The notes beneath the pieces were generated by a model. It saw only the letters and a list, made by a program, of their open reading frames with translations. It searched no databases and was not told the origin of the DNA. This document shows positions 9,823 to 19,514 of a stretch of 64,000 bases of DNA, piece after piece. The stretch is from Nitrospirota bacterium (GTDB lineage: Bacteria; Nitrospirota; Thermodesulfovibrionia; Thermodesulfovibrionales; SM23-35). Position 1 is the stretch's first letter, and every line of letters begins with the position of its first letter. Location: positions 9,643-73,642 of the forward strand of contig JBMOLW010000050.1 in the NCBI GenBank assembly GCA_049323875.1. Reading direction: 5' to 3'. Both the position numbers and the translations under genes were made by a program.

Positions 9823-11592
9823 ATGCACCGTCACTGGATTGTCAATAAAACAAACCAGGAATACATAGCCTATTTGTCGCGCAGTGCTTCAATATCCCCG
9901 GTCCTTGCACAGATACTGGTAAACCGTGGCATCAAGACACCTGAAGCGATACATTCATTCCTTAATCCCCTCTCATGTCTTTCAGACCCTTTGCTCATAG
10001 AAGGAATGGACAGAGCCGTGGAGAGGATCAGGGAAGCTGCGCGGAAAGGTGAACGGGTGCTTATTCATGGCGACTACGACGCCGACGGGATATCCGCAAC
10101 AGCGATAGCGCTTACGATCCTGGAACGGTCAGGCACAGACTGCCGCTATTTTATCCCTGACAGGATAGCACACGGTTACGGGTTCAGACCCCGGGCTGTT
10201 GAGTATGCAAAAGAAATCGGTGCAACCCTTATTGTGACTGTTGATTGCGGTATTACTTCGTTTGACGCAGCAGCCCTCTGCAGAACCAGGGGAATCGACC
10301 TGATCATCACCGACCACCATGAACCCATGAAGTGCGGAGAGCATGGCGCAAAGATCAAGGAACACCCACGTCCGGAAAACAAACAGCAGACTGTCCATGC
10401 CGCTCACCCTGACCAAAGCTCTCTGCTCCTTCCGGACGCACTGGCTGTTATCAACCCAAAAATATCCGATCCCGATTCTGAGCTTTCCATGCTCTCAGGA
10501 GCCGGGATTGCGCTGAAACTTGCCCAGGCGATTACAGCAGCGGACGAAAAGCCCGGCCATGACCTGCTTGACCTTGCCGCCCTCGGTACCCTGGGGGACA
10601 TCGTACCGCTCTGGGGTGAAAACAGACTGCTCGTGAAGGAAGGTCTGCGTTTGCTCCAGCACAGTCCCCGTCCCGGCATACGGGCATTGAAACGCGCTGC
10701 AGGGATTGAGGGCAAAACCTTGAAGACAGGGCATCTCCTTTTTGCGCTGATTCCACGAATCAACGCAGCCGGAAGAATTTCGAATGCCGCGGATGTCGTC
10801 AGGTTATTGCTCACCGACTCAGAAGATGAAGCGATCGAGCTCTCATCATGGCTGGACCGATGCAATACCGAAAGGCAGCAGATCGAAGAAAAAGTCTTCC
10901 GGGAAGCAATGTATCAGCTTGAAGACCAGGAAACCCGTTCTGTAATTGTTCTTTCTTCTGCCGGATGGCATAAGGGGGTCATCGGTATCGTCGCGTCAAG
11001 GATTGCAGAGGCATTGTACCGGCCAACGTTCATCCTCTCGATAGAGGGAACAACTGCAAAAGGATCAGCACGGAGCATCCCTCCTTTTGATATTTACCGG
11101 GCTCTCACCCGTTGCAAAACCTGGGTGAAGGATTTCGGCGGCCACCGTCAGGCTGCGGGTCTGGAGCTTGATGTAAGGGATATACGTCCTTTTGCAGATT
11201 GCATGAACAGTGTGGCAGAAGCATCACTCTCACCCGAAGACTGGATTCCCGTTCTTGAAATAGACGCTACGGTAACCTTTGCAGAGATAACGTTCGACCT
11301 TGCGAAAGAATTTGATATGATCGAACCTTGCGGATTCGGCAACCCGGAGCCCCTTCTGGGATCAAAAAGTCTCGAAGTCCTTTCTGCAAAGGTATTGAAG
11401 GAGCTGCATCTCAAGATGAAGCTCAGACAGAACAACCGTTCGCTCGACGCTATAGGGTTTCATATGGCACCGCTATTCCGGAAACTTGAAGATCCGCGGG
11501 CGGTTGACATCGTATATACTCCATGTGTCAATACATGGGAAGGAAATTCAAACCTCCAGCTTCATCTGAAAGCACTGCGACCAAGCACCTGA
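9823..11592 (+). CDS. recJ: single-stranded-DNA-specific exonuclease RecJ
   Basis: 589 aa with DHH-family motifs HGDYDADGISA, VTVDCG, ITDHHEP and FGGHRQAAG (DHHA1). Confidence 0.95.
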   Translation: MHRHWIVNKTNQEYIAYLSRSASISPVLAQILVNRGIKTPEAIHSFLNPLSCLSDPLLIEGMDRAVERIREAARKGERVLIHGDYDADGISATAIALTILERSGTDCRYFIPDRIAHGYGFRPRAVEYAKEIGATLIVTVDCGITSFDAAALCRTRGIDLIITDHHEPMKCGEHGAKIKEHPRPENKQQTVHAAHPDQSSLLLPDALAVINPKISDPDSELSMLSGAGIALKLAQAITAADEKPGHDLLDLAALGTLGDIVPLWGENRLLVKEGLRLLQHSPRPGIRALKRAAGIEGKTLKTGHLLFALIPRINAAGRISNAADVVRLLLTDSEDEAIELSSWLDRCNTERQQIEEKVFREAMYQLEDQETRSVIVLSSAGWHKGVIGIVASRIAEALYRPTFILSIEGTTAKGSARSIPPFDIYRALTRCKTWVKDFGGHRQAAGLELDVRDIRPFADCMNSVAEASLSPEDWIPVLEIDATVTFAEITFDLAKEFDMIEPCGFGNPEPLLGSKSLEVLSAKVLKELHLKMKLRQNNRSLDAIGFHMAPLFRKLEDPRAVDIVYTPCVNTWEGNSNLQLHLKALRPST

Positions 11593-11625
11593 TTTCCCCC
11601 GCCGGAGGTGTATAATAAACACTAT

Positions 11626-13752
11626 ATGACCGATGGCGCCCTTGAATCCCTGATCGGGAAAATCCAGGCCTATGCTCCTGATGCCGATGTCTCGGTATTG
11701 CGCCATGCGTATGCCTTTTCAAGAGATGCGCACGGTTCCCGGACGAGAGCAGAGGGCTCGCCATATATTGAGCATCCTCTTGCAGTTGCCACAATCCTGG
11801 CCGACATGAAACTTGACGTAACAACTATCGCCGCCGGTCTCCTCCATGACACCATAGAAGATACAGGGGCCCCGCCTGAAGATATCCGAAACCTTTTCGG
11901 GCAGGAAATCGCATTTCTCGTGGAATCCCTGACCAAGATATCCCGCATGGCATTCACTACCCGGGAGGAAGCCCAGGCCGAGAACTTCAGAAAGATGATC
12001 CTCGCCATGGCAGAGGATATACGGGTCGTTCTGATAAAATTCGCTGACAGACTTCACAATATGCGCACCCTGCATCATCTTCCTGAAAGCAAGAGACGGC
12101 GGATCGCCACCGAAACCCTCGAGATTTATGCGCCCATAGCCAACCGGCTCGGTATCGGCTGGTTGCGGACCGAATTCGAGGATCTCAGTTTCAAGTCCCT
12201 CATGCCCGAACTGTACGATGAACTCGTGAGGAAGGTCGCCACGCGGAAAGAGGAACAGGAGGCATACCTGAGGGATGTAACGGAAATAGTCCGGCAGAAA
12301 CTCGATGAAGAACATATTTCCGGCGAAGTTTCATGGAGGATAAAACATTACTACGGAATCTATCAGAAAATGCTGGCGCAGGGCATCACTTTTGAACAAG
12401 TTCACGATGTTCTCGGACTGAGAATCATTACGGATACAAAAGCAAACTGTTACGCAATCCTCGGACTGATCCATTCCCTCTGGTCTCCTGTGCCCGGCAG
12501 ATTCAAAGACTATATCGGGGTGCCAAAATCGAACATGTACCAGTCGCTCCACACGACTGTCATAGGACCGAAAGGCGAACGGGTGGAATTTCAGATAAGG
12601 ACTCTCGAGATGCATATGATCGCGGAGCATGGTATTGCCTCTCACTGGAAATACAAGGAAAAAGGCAGGATTGATGAAAAGAGCGACCGCTATATTTCAT
12701 GGTTCAGGGAATTGATGCAGGCCCAGAAAGAACTGAAGGATGCCAAGGATTTCCTGGATGCAGTCAAAGGGGAAGTTGTCCCGGAAGTGATTTATATTTT
12801 TACCCCTATGGGCGAGATAAAGGAAATGCCCGTGGGCTCCACTCCTGTCGATTTTGCATACAGCGTGCACACCCAGGTGGGGAACCGGTGTGTCGGAGCC
12901 AAGATCAACGGGAAGATCGTACCGCTGCGGTATATCCTGAGAAATGGCGACACGGTGGAAATCATGACCTCACCCACCCAGACTCCAAGCAGGGACTGGC
13001 TGAAATTCGTTGTGACACAGCGGGCAAAAAACAGAATAAAACAGTGGATCAAAGCAGAAGAGAGGAAGCAGAGCATTGAACTCGGGCAGAAACTGTTCGA
13101 TACTGAACTGAGAAGACATGAGCTTGGCCAGGCGGCATTGAAATCGGAAGAAATGGAAAAGGCCCTGAAGTCATTCAATATCGAATCACTGGAAGACCTT
13201 TACGCGTTCATTGGTCATGGCAAATTATCCACGCATCAATTCGTCAACAGACTGCTGCCGGAAAAACCGGCTGAGGAAATCCCGGTCCCGAAGACGGTCA
13301 AAGCGCAGAAAGAGCATAAAGGAATCACCATTAAAGGAGTTGACAATGTGCTGTACCATACAGCCAAATGCTGTTTCCCGATCCCGGGAGATATGCTGGT
13401 CGGATTTGTGACACGGGGAAGGGGCGTTACTATTCACCGCAAGGACTGTCCGAATCTCGATAAGACAGCGGTCGACGACGCCCGGATCGTTGATGTCGAC
13501 TGGAAAGTTGAGGGTGATATTACCACACCAGTCAAGCTGGTTCTTGAAACCGTTGACAAGCCCGGCATGATTGCGAGCCTCAGCGCGCTTATATCGTCAG
13601 TGGATGTGAACATCAGCCAATTGAAGGCACGGACTACCGAGGATAAAAAAGCTCATATCACCTTTATCCTCGATGTCAGGGATAAGAAACAGCTGAGCGC
13701 GCTCACGCAAAAACTGGCACAGCTGGAAGGAGTTCTCAGGGTTACGAGATAA
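11626..13752 (+). CDS. relA: bifunctional (p)ppGpp synthetase/hydrolase (RelA/SpoT homologue)
   Basis: HD hydrolase domain (EHPLAVATILA, LHDTIEDT), synthetase motif YQSLHTTV, and TGS and C-terminal ACT regions. The track start GTG 11608 lies inside GGAGG, so the ATG at 11626 is preferred. Start is uncertain. Confidence 0.93.
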   Translation: MTDGALESLIGKIQAYAPDADVSVLRHAYAFSRDAHGSRTRAEGSPYIEHPLAVATILADMKLDVTTIAAGLLHDTIEDTGAPPEDIRNLFGQEIAFLVESLTKISRMAFTTREEAQAENFRKMILAMAEDIRVVLIKFADRLHNMRTLHHLPESKRRRIATETLEIYAPIANRLGIGWLRTEFEDLSFKSLMPELYDELVRKVATRKEEQEAYLRDVTEIVRQKLDEEHISGEVSWRIKHYYGIYQKMLAQGITFEQVHDVLGLRIITDTKANCYAILGLIHSLWSPVPGRFKDYIGVPKSNMYQSLHTTVIGPKGERVEFQIRTLEMHMIAEHGIASHWKYKEKGRIDEKSDRYISWFRELMQAQKELKDAKDFLDAVKGEVVPEVIYIFTPMGEIKEMPVGSTPVDFAYSVHTQVGNRCVGAKINGKIVPLRYILRNGDTVEIMTSPTQTPSRDWLKFVVTQRAKNRIKQWIKAEERKQSIELGQKLFDTELRRHELGQAALKSEEMEKALKSFNIESLEDLYAFIGHGKLSTHQFVNRLLPEKPAEEIPVPKTVKAQKEHKGITIKGVDNVLYHTAKCCFPIPGDMLVGFVTRGRGVTIHRKDCPNLDKTAVDDARIVDVDWKVEGDITTPVKLVLETVDKPGMIASLSALISSVDVNISQLKARTTEDKKAHITFILDVRDKKQLSALTQKLAQLEGVLRVTR

Positions 13753-13791
13753 CATAAACGATAGCTCCGCTCTTATGATATAATACAAGCA

Positions 13792-14526
13792 GTGGCCTAT
13801 TTAAGAATTGGGTGCAGCGGTTTTCTCTACGATCATTGGAGGGGGAATTTTTATCCCGAGGACCTTCCCAAAAACCACTGGATCGAATATTACTGCAGAC
13901 ATTTTTCCTCGGTCGAACTGAATGTTACCTTTTATCGTCTTCCGGAAAGGGAAACGTTTGCCAAGTGGTATGCGGCAACACCCGACGATTTTGTTTTCTC
14001 TCTCAAGGCAAGCAGGTTTATCACCCATGTTAAGAAACTGAAGGACTGCTCAGAGCCCATTGAGGCATTTTTTTCACGGGCCGCTGTCCTCAAGGAAAAA
14101 CTGGGCGTCATACTCTGGCAACTCCCCCCCACCTTCAATGCCGACCTGAACCGCATCACGGAATTCCTCGAGGTCCTGAAACCTTACCATACGAGGAATG
14201 CTTTCGAATTCAGGAACAAGAGCTGGATGAATAAAAAAGTATATACTGTCCTCGAAAAGGAAAACGCCGGTCTCTGTATTGCAGACTATCCTGACTTTCT
14301 CAGGAAGCTTCCCGTGACCTCTGATTTCATCTATATGAGGAGGCACGGAAACGAAGGGAGTTATGCGACAGACTATCCTCCCGAATCCCTCAGGGAAGAT
14401 GCAAAACTCATCAGGTCCCATCTGAAAAAGAAGCGGGACGTCTTCGTATATTTCAATAATGACGTCCTTGGATATGCTCCGAAGAATGCTGCAGAATTAG
14501 CTACCCTCCTGAGCAGATCAAAATAG
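13792..14526 (+). CDS. DUF72 (YecE-like) family protein
   Basis: 244 aa. N-terminal RIGCSGFLYDHWRGNFYPEDLP and VELNVTFYRLP match my recollection of DUF72. GTG 13792 is the only start codon after the in-frame TAG at 13762. Confidence 0.8.
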   Translation: MAYLRIGCSGFLYDHWRGNFYPEDLPKNHWIEYYCRHFSSVELNVTFYRLPERETFAKWYAATPDDFVFSLKASRFITHVKKLKDCSEPIEAFFSRAAVLKEKLGVILWQLPPTFNADLNRITEFLEVLKPYHTRNAFEFRNKSWMNKKVYTVLEKENAGLCIADYPDFLRKLPVTSDFIYMRRHGNEGSYATDYPPESLREDAKLIRSHLKKKRDVFVYFNNDVLGYAPKNAAELATLLSRSK

Positions 14527-14529
14527 CAA

Positions 14530-15474
14530 TTATTTTGCCCAGTCGCTCTTCAATCTCTTTCTCTTGAAAATATGCTTCTCTGCCGAGAGCGCTGCGAGAG
14601 ACCCCTGTGCCGCAGCCATCACCACCTGTCTTACCTCTGTGCAGGTGACGTCGCCCGCTGCAAAAACTCCGGGAACCGATGTCTCCATCAAAGCATTTAC
14701 CGGAATGCATCCGTCCTCCTGCGTTTCCACAGCTCCAAAAAGAAAATCCACCACGGGTTTGTTCCCGTGGAGATACACGAAAACCCCGGCGACTTCGAGC
14801 TCGCTCTCTTTATTGTCGGCATCCCGCATGCGTATCTTCTCAACAAGACCGCCCCCCCCGATAGAAGTCACTGTGTATCCCGCCAGCACTTTCAGTCCCG
14901 GTTCATTCAGTGAATCCTCGTCTGCATGAATCTTGGGGGTAGGGGAAATAAGATATACCGTCTTGGCAAATCGTGTCAGAACCTTTGCTTCTTTGACCGC
15001 CTCTTCAGAATTGCCGATCACACACACGTCCAATCCCCGGTAAAAAGCCGCGTCGCAGATAGCACAATAGCTTACGCCTTTTCCCAGAAACTCCCCTTCT
15101 CCCTGGATTGTCGGTTTTCTGCCCATGGATCCGGTGGCGATGATCAATGTTTTCCCGCTGAATGCCCTTTCCATCGTAATAACTTCCTTGACATTCTCCG
15201 TCACATTCACTCCCACAACCTGCGCCTCCGTATACTCAGCTCCGAATCCCGTAGCCTGGTTTCTCATAATATCCAGCAACTCTCTCCCTGAGAGAGGACG
15301 GGCAAGCCCCGGATAGTTTTCTATCTTGCTCGAATAGGCAAGGGCACCGGCTGTGGGTGATTTATCGATGATAATTGTCTTTAACCGAGCCCTCGATGCA
15401 TACTGACCGGCAGCAAGGCCTGCCGGGCCTCCACCTATGATGATAACATCATATATATCAGGCGTTTCCTGCAT
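14530..15474 (-). CDS. trxB: thioredoxin-disulfide reductase
   Basis: 314 aa with IIGGGPAGLAAG FAD motif, CAIC redox pair and a second dinucleotide fold. Convergent with the DUF72 gene, 3 nt apart. Confidence 0.9.
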   Translation of the reverse strand: MQETPDIYDVIIIGGGPAGLAAGQYASRARLKTIIIDKSPTAGALAYSSKIENYPGLARPLSGRELLDIMRNQATGFGAEYTEAQVVGVNVTENVKEVITMERAFSGKTLIIATGSMGRKPTIQGEGEFLGKGVSYCAICDAAFYRGLDVCVIGNSEEAVKEAKVLTRFAKTVYLISPTPKIHADEDSLNEPGLKVLAGYTVTSIGGGGLVEKIRMRDADNKESELEVAGVFVYLHGNKPVVDFLFGAVETQEDGCIPVNALMETSVPGVFAAGDVTCTEVRQVVMAAAQGSLAALSAEKHIFKRKRLKSDWAK

Positions 15475-15525
15475 ATATTCCTCCTTCTCTTTCTTCTCCA
15501 GACACTGTCATCTGATAATAATCGC

Positions 15526-16344
15526 TTATCCCAGCAGAATCTCCAGCAGCCTGTCGAGTTCCTCAAGCGAATAGTATTCTATTTCTATCTTTCCTTTCTT
15601 TCCGTGGTTGAAAATCCTTACCTTGGTACCCAGACCCCGTTTCAGTTTCTCTTCGAGAGAGGAAATCTGGGGGTCTTTCGCGACACCGGGCTTGTTGGGC
15701 CTGGGAATTTTTTTCGACAGGGACTCGGCCTCTCGTACACTCAGTCCCCGTTTGACAATCCTTCTTGCCGCCTCGATCTGGTTTGTTTTTCCTTCTATGG
15801 CGAGAATGGCCTTCGCATGGCCCACAGTAAGAGAGCCGTTATAGAGGAGTGACTTGACTTCTTCAGGCAGTTTTAAAAGCCTCAGATAATTCGCGATGGT
15901 TGCTCTGTCTTTTCCCACCCTGTCAGAGAGTTCATCCTGCTTCAGACTGAACTCAGTGATAAGCTTATTGAACGCATCGGCAGCTTCAATCGGATTGAGG
16001 TCTTCCCTCTGGATATTTTCTATGAGAGCTATCTCAAGTGAATCTTTGGAAGCCACATTTTTAACCAAGGCCGGTATTTTTTTTAGTCCGGCTATTCCGG
16101 CGGCTCTCCATCTGCGTTCACCGGTGATAAGCCTGAATGTCCCGTCGCCGACCCTGGAGACAATGACCGGCTGGAGCACTCCTTTTTCCCTGATTGAAAC
16201 TGCCAGGTCATTCAGGGAGTCGTCCCTGAAGGTCTTCCTCGGCTGCTGGTCCCCCGGAAATATCCTGGCGAGATCGAGTTGAATAACCTCTTCCCCTTTT
16301 TCAGGAATAAGGGCATCAAGCCCTTTACCGAGCGCCGTTTTCAT
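15526..16344 (-). CDS. parB: chromosome partitioning protein ParB
   Basis: 272 aa with GKGLDALI N-terminus, ParB box ITGERRWRAAGIAG and an HTH region. Overlaps parA by 20 nt. Confidence 0.9.
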   Translation of the reverse strand: MKTALGKGLDALIPEKGEEVIQLDLARIFPGDQQPRKTFRDDSLNDLAVSIREKGVLQPVIVSRVGDGTFRLITGERRWRAAGIAGLKKIPALVKNVASKDSLEIALIENIQREDLNPIEAADAFNKLITEFSLKQDELSDRVGKDRATIANYLRLLKLPEEVKSLLYNGSLTVGHAKAILAIEGKTNQIEAARRIVKRGLSVREAESLSKKIPRPNKPGVAKDPQISSLEEKLKRGLGTKVRIFNHGKKGKIEIEYYSLEELDRLLEILLG

Positions 16345-17095
16345 TCAATATCTCCTTTGCAAGGGCAAGGTAGCTCTGTGCGCCTTTTGACCGGATATCA
16401 TATAAAATCACCGGCTTCCCATGGCTGGGTGCTTCTCCAAGGGTAACATTTCGTGGAATGACAGTAGTGTAAACCTTGTCCCCAAAATGTTTCCTCACCT
16501 CCTGTGCTACCTCGTGGGCAAGATTATTTCTCGCATCGTACATGGTAAGGAGAATCCCCTCAATGTCGAGCCCGGGGTTAAAAGAAGCTCTGACCAGGCG
16601 CAAGGTTCTGGTGAGGAGGCCGAGCCCTTCAAGGGAATAATACTCACACTGCACGGGAACAAGGACAGAATCAGCAGCAACCAGTGCATTTAACGTAAGG
16701 AGCCCCAGAGAGGGAGGACAATCGATGAAGATATACCGATACCGGTCCCTGACTCCCCGGAGTGCCCTCGAGAGAAGAAATTCCCTCCCTTCCCTGCTTA
16801 CAAGCTCGACCTCAACACCGAGCAGGTCAACGGTGGATGGTATCACCGTAAGATGGTCTACCGCGGTCATCTGCATTGTTTCATTGATATCACAGTTGCC
16901 GGCATAGACATCGTAGAGGTTTTTCAAGGGAGTTTCCCTGGGAACTCCAAGCCCTGAGCTGGAGTTCCCCTGCGGGTCAGTATCGATGATGAGGATGTCC
17001 TTTTCAGCAAGGGCGAGGGATGCGGCAAGATTGATTGCAGTCGTCGTCTTCCCGACCCCCCCTTTCTGATTCACTATGGTTATGATTTTCCCCAT
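16325..17095 (-). CDS. parA: chromosome partitioning ATPase ParA/Soj
   Basis: 256 aa with deviant Walker A NQKGGVGKTTTAINLA and IIDTDPQGN. Confidence 0.9.
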   Translation of the reverse strand: MGKIITIVNQKGGVGKTTTAINLAASLALAEKDILIIDTDPQGNSSSGLGVPRETPLKNLYDVYAGNCDINETMQMTAVDHLTVIPSTVDLLGVEVELVSREGREFLLSRALRGVRDRYRYIFIDCPPSLGLLTLNALVAADSVLVPVQCEYYSLEGLGLLTRTLRLVRASFNPGLDIEGILLTMYDARNNLAHEVAQEVRKHFGDKVYTTVIPRNVTLGEAPSHGKPVILYDIRSKGAQSYLALAKEILNENGAR

Positions 17096-17240
17096 CTCAT
17101 CACCGTGATAACCCCGCGGGACTGCATCCCGGAAATTCCAGGCTCTGCATCTGCCGCAGGAGCGTTCTTTTCTCCCTTCCCTGGCAGGCCATGGGGTAAT
17201 TTCCTCCGGGGTAACTCCTCATTATTATACCAATTATTTA

Positions 17241-17249
17241 TGATATAAT
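17241..17249 (+). promoter_or_regulatory. extended -10 promoter element (TGaTATAAT)
   Basis: TGATATAAT at 17241..17249, 22 nt upstream of the ATG at 17272, which has an AGAGGGG SD. Confidence 0.4.
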
Positions 17250-17271
17250 GCCTTATAAAGAGGGGAAAGAA

Positions 17272-17970
17272 ATGCGGAGTTTTCTCGTATTGGTTTCATT
17301 TCTCATAGTGCTTTTGCCCGGATCAGTCCTGGCAGAGGGAAAGGGGGCACAAAGTATGGTAAAGGAGATTCACTGGCTTGGACATGATACTTTCAAAATA
17401 GCGGGGGAAAAGGTGATATACACTGATCCTTTCAAACTCAAAGAAAAGGATACTGCCGACCTTATTCTGATCACCCATGACCATTATGATCACTGCTCGC
17501 CGGATGATATAAAGATGATCCAGGGACCGGATACCGAGCTTGTGGCCCCTGTTGACTGTGCTGCAAAACTGACCGGCAGAGTTACAACCGTGAAACCCGG
17601 GGATTCTCTGACCGTTGCAGGGATTGAAATTGAGGTCGTGCCTTCCTACAACACCAACAAGCAGTTCCATACGAAGGAGAGAGGGTGGGCCGGCTACATC
17701 TTTACCGTGAAAGGCCAGCGGGTCTACCTCGCAGGGGATACCGATTACATCCCGGAGATGAAAACTTTTCGGGCAGATATTGCGCTGCTCCCTGTCTCAG
17801 GAACCTATGTCATGACGGCAGAAGAGGCAGTTCAGGCAGCCCTCGACATAAATCCGAAAATAGCAATCCCCATGCATTACGGCTCAATTGTTGGCTCCCT
17901 GGCCGATGCAAGAAAATTCGCCGAGGGGCTGAAAAACAAGATCGAGGTCGTGATACTGAAAGAAGAATAG
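17272..17970 (+). CDS. secreted MBL-fold metallo-hydrolase
   Basis: Signal peptide MRSFLVLVSFLIVLLPGSVLA. HDHYDH metal motif (ITHDHYDHC). The ATG at 17272 has an SD, whereas the track start 17248 sits inside the -10 box. Confidence 0.8.
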   Translation: MRSFLVLVSFLIVLLPGSVLAEGKGAQSMVKEIHWLGHDTFKIAGEKVIYTDPFKLKEKDTADLILITHDHYDHCSPDDIKMIQGPDTELVAPVDCAAKLTGRVTTVKPGDSLTVAGIEIEVVPSYNTNKQFHTKERGWAGYIFTVKGQRVYLAGDTDYIPEMKTFRADIALLPVSGTYVMTAEEAVQAALDINPKIAIPMHYGSIVGSLADARKFAEGLKNKIEVVILKEE

Positions 17971-17972
17971 GT

Positions 17973-18749
17973 TTGAACATTGATGAGATAAAAAAAAAGA
18001 TACGGGGTGAGATAGGAAAAGAAATACTTTTTTGCCGGAACGCCGACTCAACCAACACCCTTGCGTTGGGCCTCGCTGAGACAACCCCCGAAGGGTTAGT
18101 GGTCATTGCAGACAGCCAGATAAGCGGAAAGGGCAGGCTCGGCAGAACCTGGTGGTCACCCCCTGGAAAAAACCTCTACCTGAGTATCCTCCTCAAACCT
18201 CGTCTGGAGCCCTCAGAGGTAACACTGATAACTGTTATGAGCGCAGTTGCCTGCTCCCGTGCAATCAGGCGGACAACAGGCCTCAACGCGACTATTAAGT
18301 GGCCGAATGATCTTCTGGTTTCTGATAAGAAAATCGGCGGGATACTTACCGAACTGAAACTGTTGGGAAAAGGAATAGCCTGTGCCGTCGTTGGAATAGG
18401 GATCAACGTAAATAGCGGGCGTGAACAGTTGCCGGAGGATATCAGAGAAACGGCAACATCTGTCAAAATCGAGAAAGGTTCAACCGTTCGGCGGGAAGCG
18501 TTCGTTGCAGCAACCCTGAACGAAGTTGACCGCTGGTATGCGCTCCTTAAGGATGGGAAAAGACACGTGCTCATCGAGGAATGGAAAGGTCTTTCCTCAA
18601 CCCTCGGGAAAAAGGTCAGCGTCGTCATCGGCAACAGAATGCTATCCGGCACCGCTGAGTCTGTCGACGAGGAGGGCAGACTGATTCTCAGGCTTGCTTC
18701 AGGAGGAGCGGAAAAGATCCACTCAGGCGATCTCACGGTTCTGCGTTAG
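17973..18749 (+). CDS. birA: biotin--[acetyl-CoA-carboxylase] ligase (class I, no HTH)
   Basis: GKGRLGRTWWSPPG (GRGRxGR-like) and ADSTNT motifs. The in-frame TTG at 17973 follows the MBL stop. The longer ORF from 17685 only overlaps the MBL gene. Confidence 0.85.
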   Translation: MNIDEIKKKIRGEIGKEILFCRNADSTNTLALGLAETTPEGLVVIADSQISGKGRLGRTWWSPPGKNLYLSILLKPRLEPSEVTLITVMSAVACSRAIRRTTGLNATIKWPNDLLVSDKKIGGILTELKLLGKGIACAVVGIGINVNSGREQLPEDIRETATSVKIEKGSTVRREAFVAATLNEVDRWYALLKDGKRHVLIEEWKGLSSTLGKKVSVVIGNRMLSGTAESVDEEGRLILRLASGGAEKIHSGDLTVLR

Positions 18750-19514
18750 ATGCTCATTGCGATAGATATTGGCAACTCATCAATAACTATAGGTTTTTTT
18801 ACTGACCTGGGGCTTTCGGTCCAGAGGCTGGATACCCTGCCCCTGCGCTCTGCCAGAGAATATGCGGTTCTTATTGATTCATTTCTGTCAGAAAATGATA
18901 GGGAAAAAACCTTTGCAGGAGGTATAATATCCTCTGTCGTACCGGGCCATACCAGTGTCCTGAGGGAGACCCTGAAGCAGCTGATACCCGCTGCCCCTTT
19001 GATTGCAGACCACACTCTCGATACAGGCATTTCCTTCGATATCCCGGAACCGGAAGGGCTTGGGTCCGACAGGATTGCCAATGCCGTTGCAGTTCATGAG
19101 CTGTACAGCGGGCCGGTTGCTGTCGCAGATTTTGGCACGGCCACTGCTATCAGTATTATTAACGGTTCCCATTTTATTGGAGGTGCAATCATCCCTGGCA
19201 TCAGGCTTATGAACGAATCTCTGGCCCTGAAAACCGCTCAACTGCCGCAGGCCACCCTTCTTGCCCCTCTCCGGTCTGCTCTGGGAACTACTACTGCGCA
19301 CTGCATACAATCAGGACTCCTGTTTGGAACAGCAGGTGGGGTCGAAAGAATCGTAAGCGAAATCGAACAGGAGACGGGGTTTTCTTTCCGGATCATTGCG
19401 ACAGGTGGGTACGGGAGTCTCGTTTCACCCTTTTTGAGGAGAGAACACGCTCTGCATCCTTATCTGACCCTTGAAGGGCTAAGGCTGCTCTTCACGAGGA
19501 ACATGCATGCATGA
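18750..19514 (+). CDS. coaX: type III pantothenate kinase
   Basis: 254 aa with MLIAIDIGNSSITIG, ADFGTAT and IATGG motifs. Starts immediately after the birA stop. Confidence 0.9.
   Translation: MLIAIDIGNSSITIGFFTDLGLSVQRLDTLPLRSAREYAVLIDSFLSENDREKTFAGGIISSVVPGHTSVLRETLKQLIPAAPLIADHTLDTGISFDIPEPEGLGSDRIANAVAVHELYSGPVAVADFGTATAISIINGSHFIGGAIIPGIRLMNESLALKTAQLPQATLLAPLRSALGTTTAHCIQSGLLFGTAGGVERIVSEIEQETGFSFRIIATGGYGSLVSPFLRREHALHPYLTLEGLRLLFTRNMHA

Noticed and set aside
17685-17972. N-terminal extension of the birA ORF (track start 17685)
   Set aside because: The extension fully overlaps the MBL-hydrolase gene in another frame and translates to Arg/Gly-rich low-complexity sequence. BirA homology begins at (L)NIDEIKKK, so the TTG at 17973 right after the MBL stop is used. 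Similar track extensions were trimmed for vapC (6163 to 6208), uspA (20436 to 20505), the JAB protein (20918 to 20966), ogt (28184 to 28319), the MBL gene (17248 to 17272) and ispD (62202 to 62229).
17990-17998. A9 homopolymer inside the birA 5' region as a possible phase-variation tract
   Set aside because: It simply encodes KKK in the correct frame. It is a single short tract in an essential gene, with no evidence of slippage.
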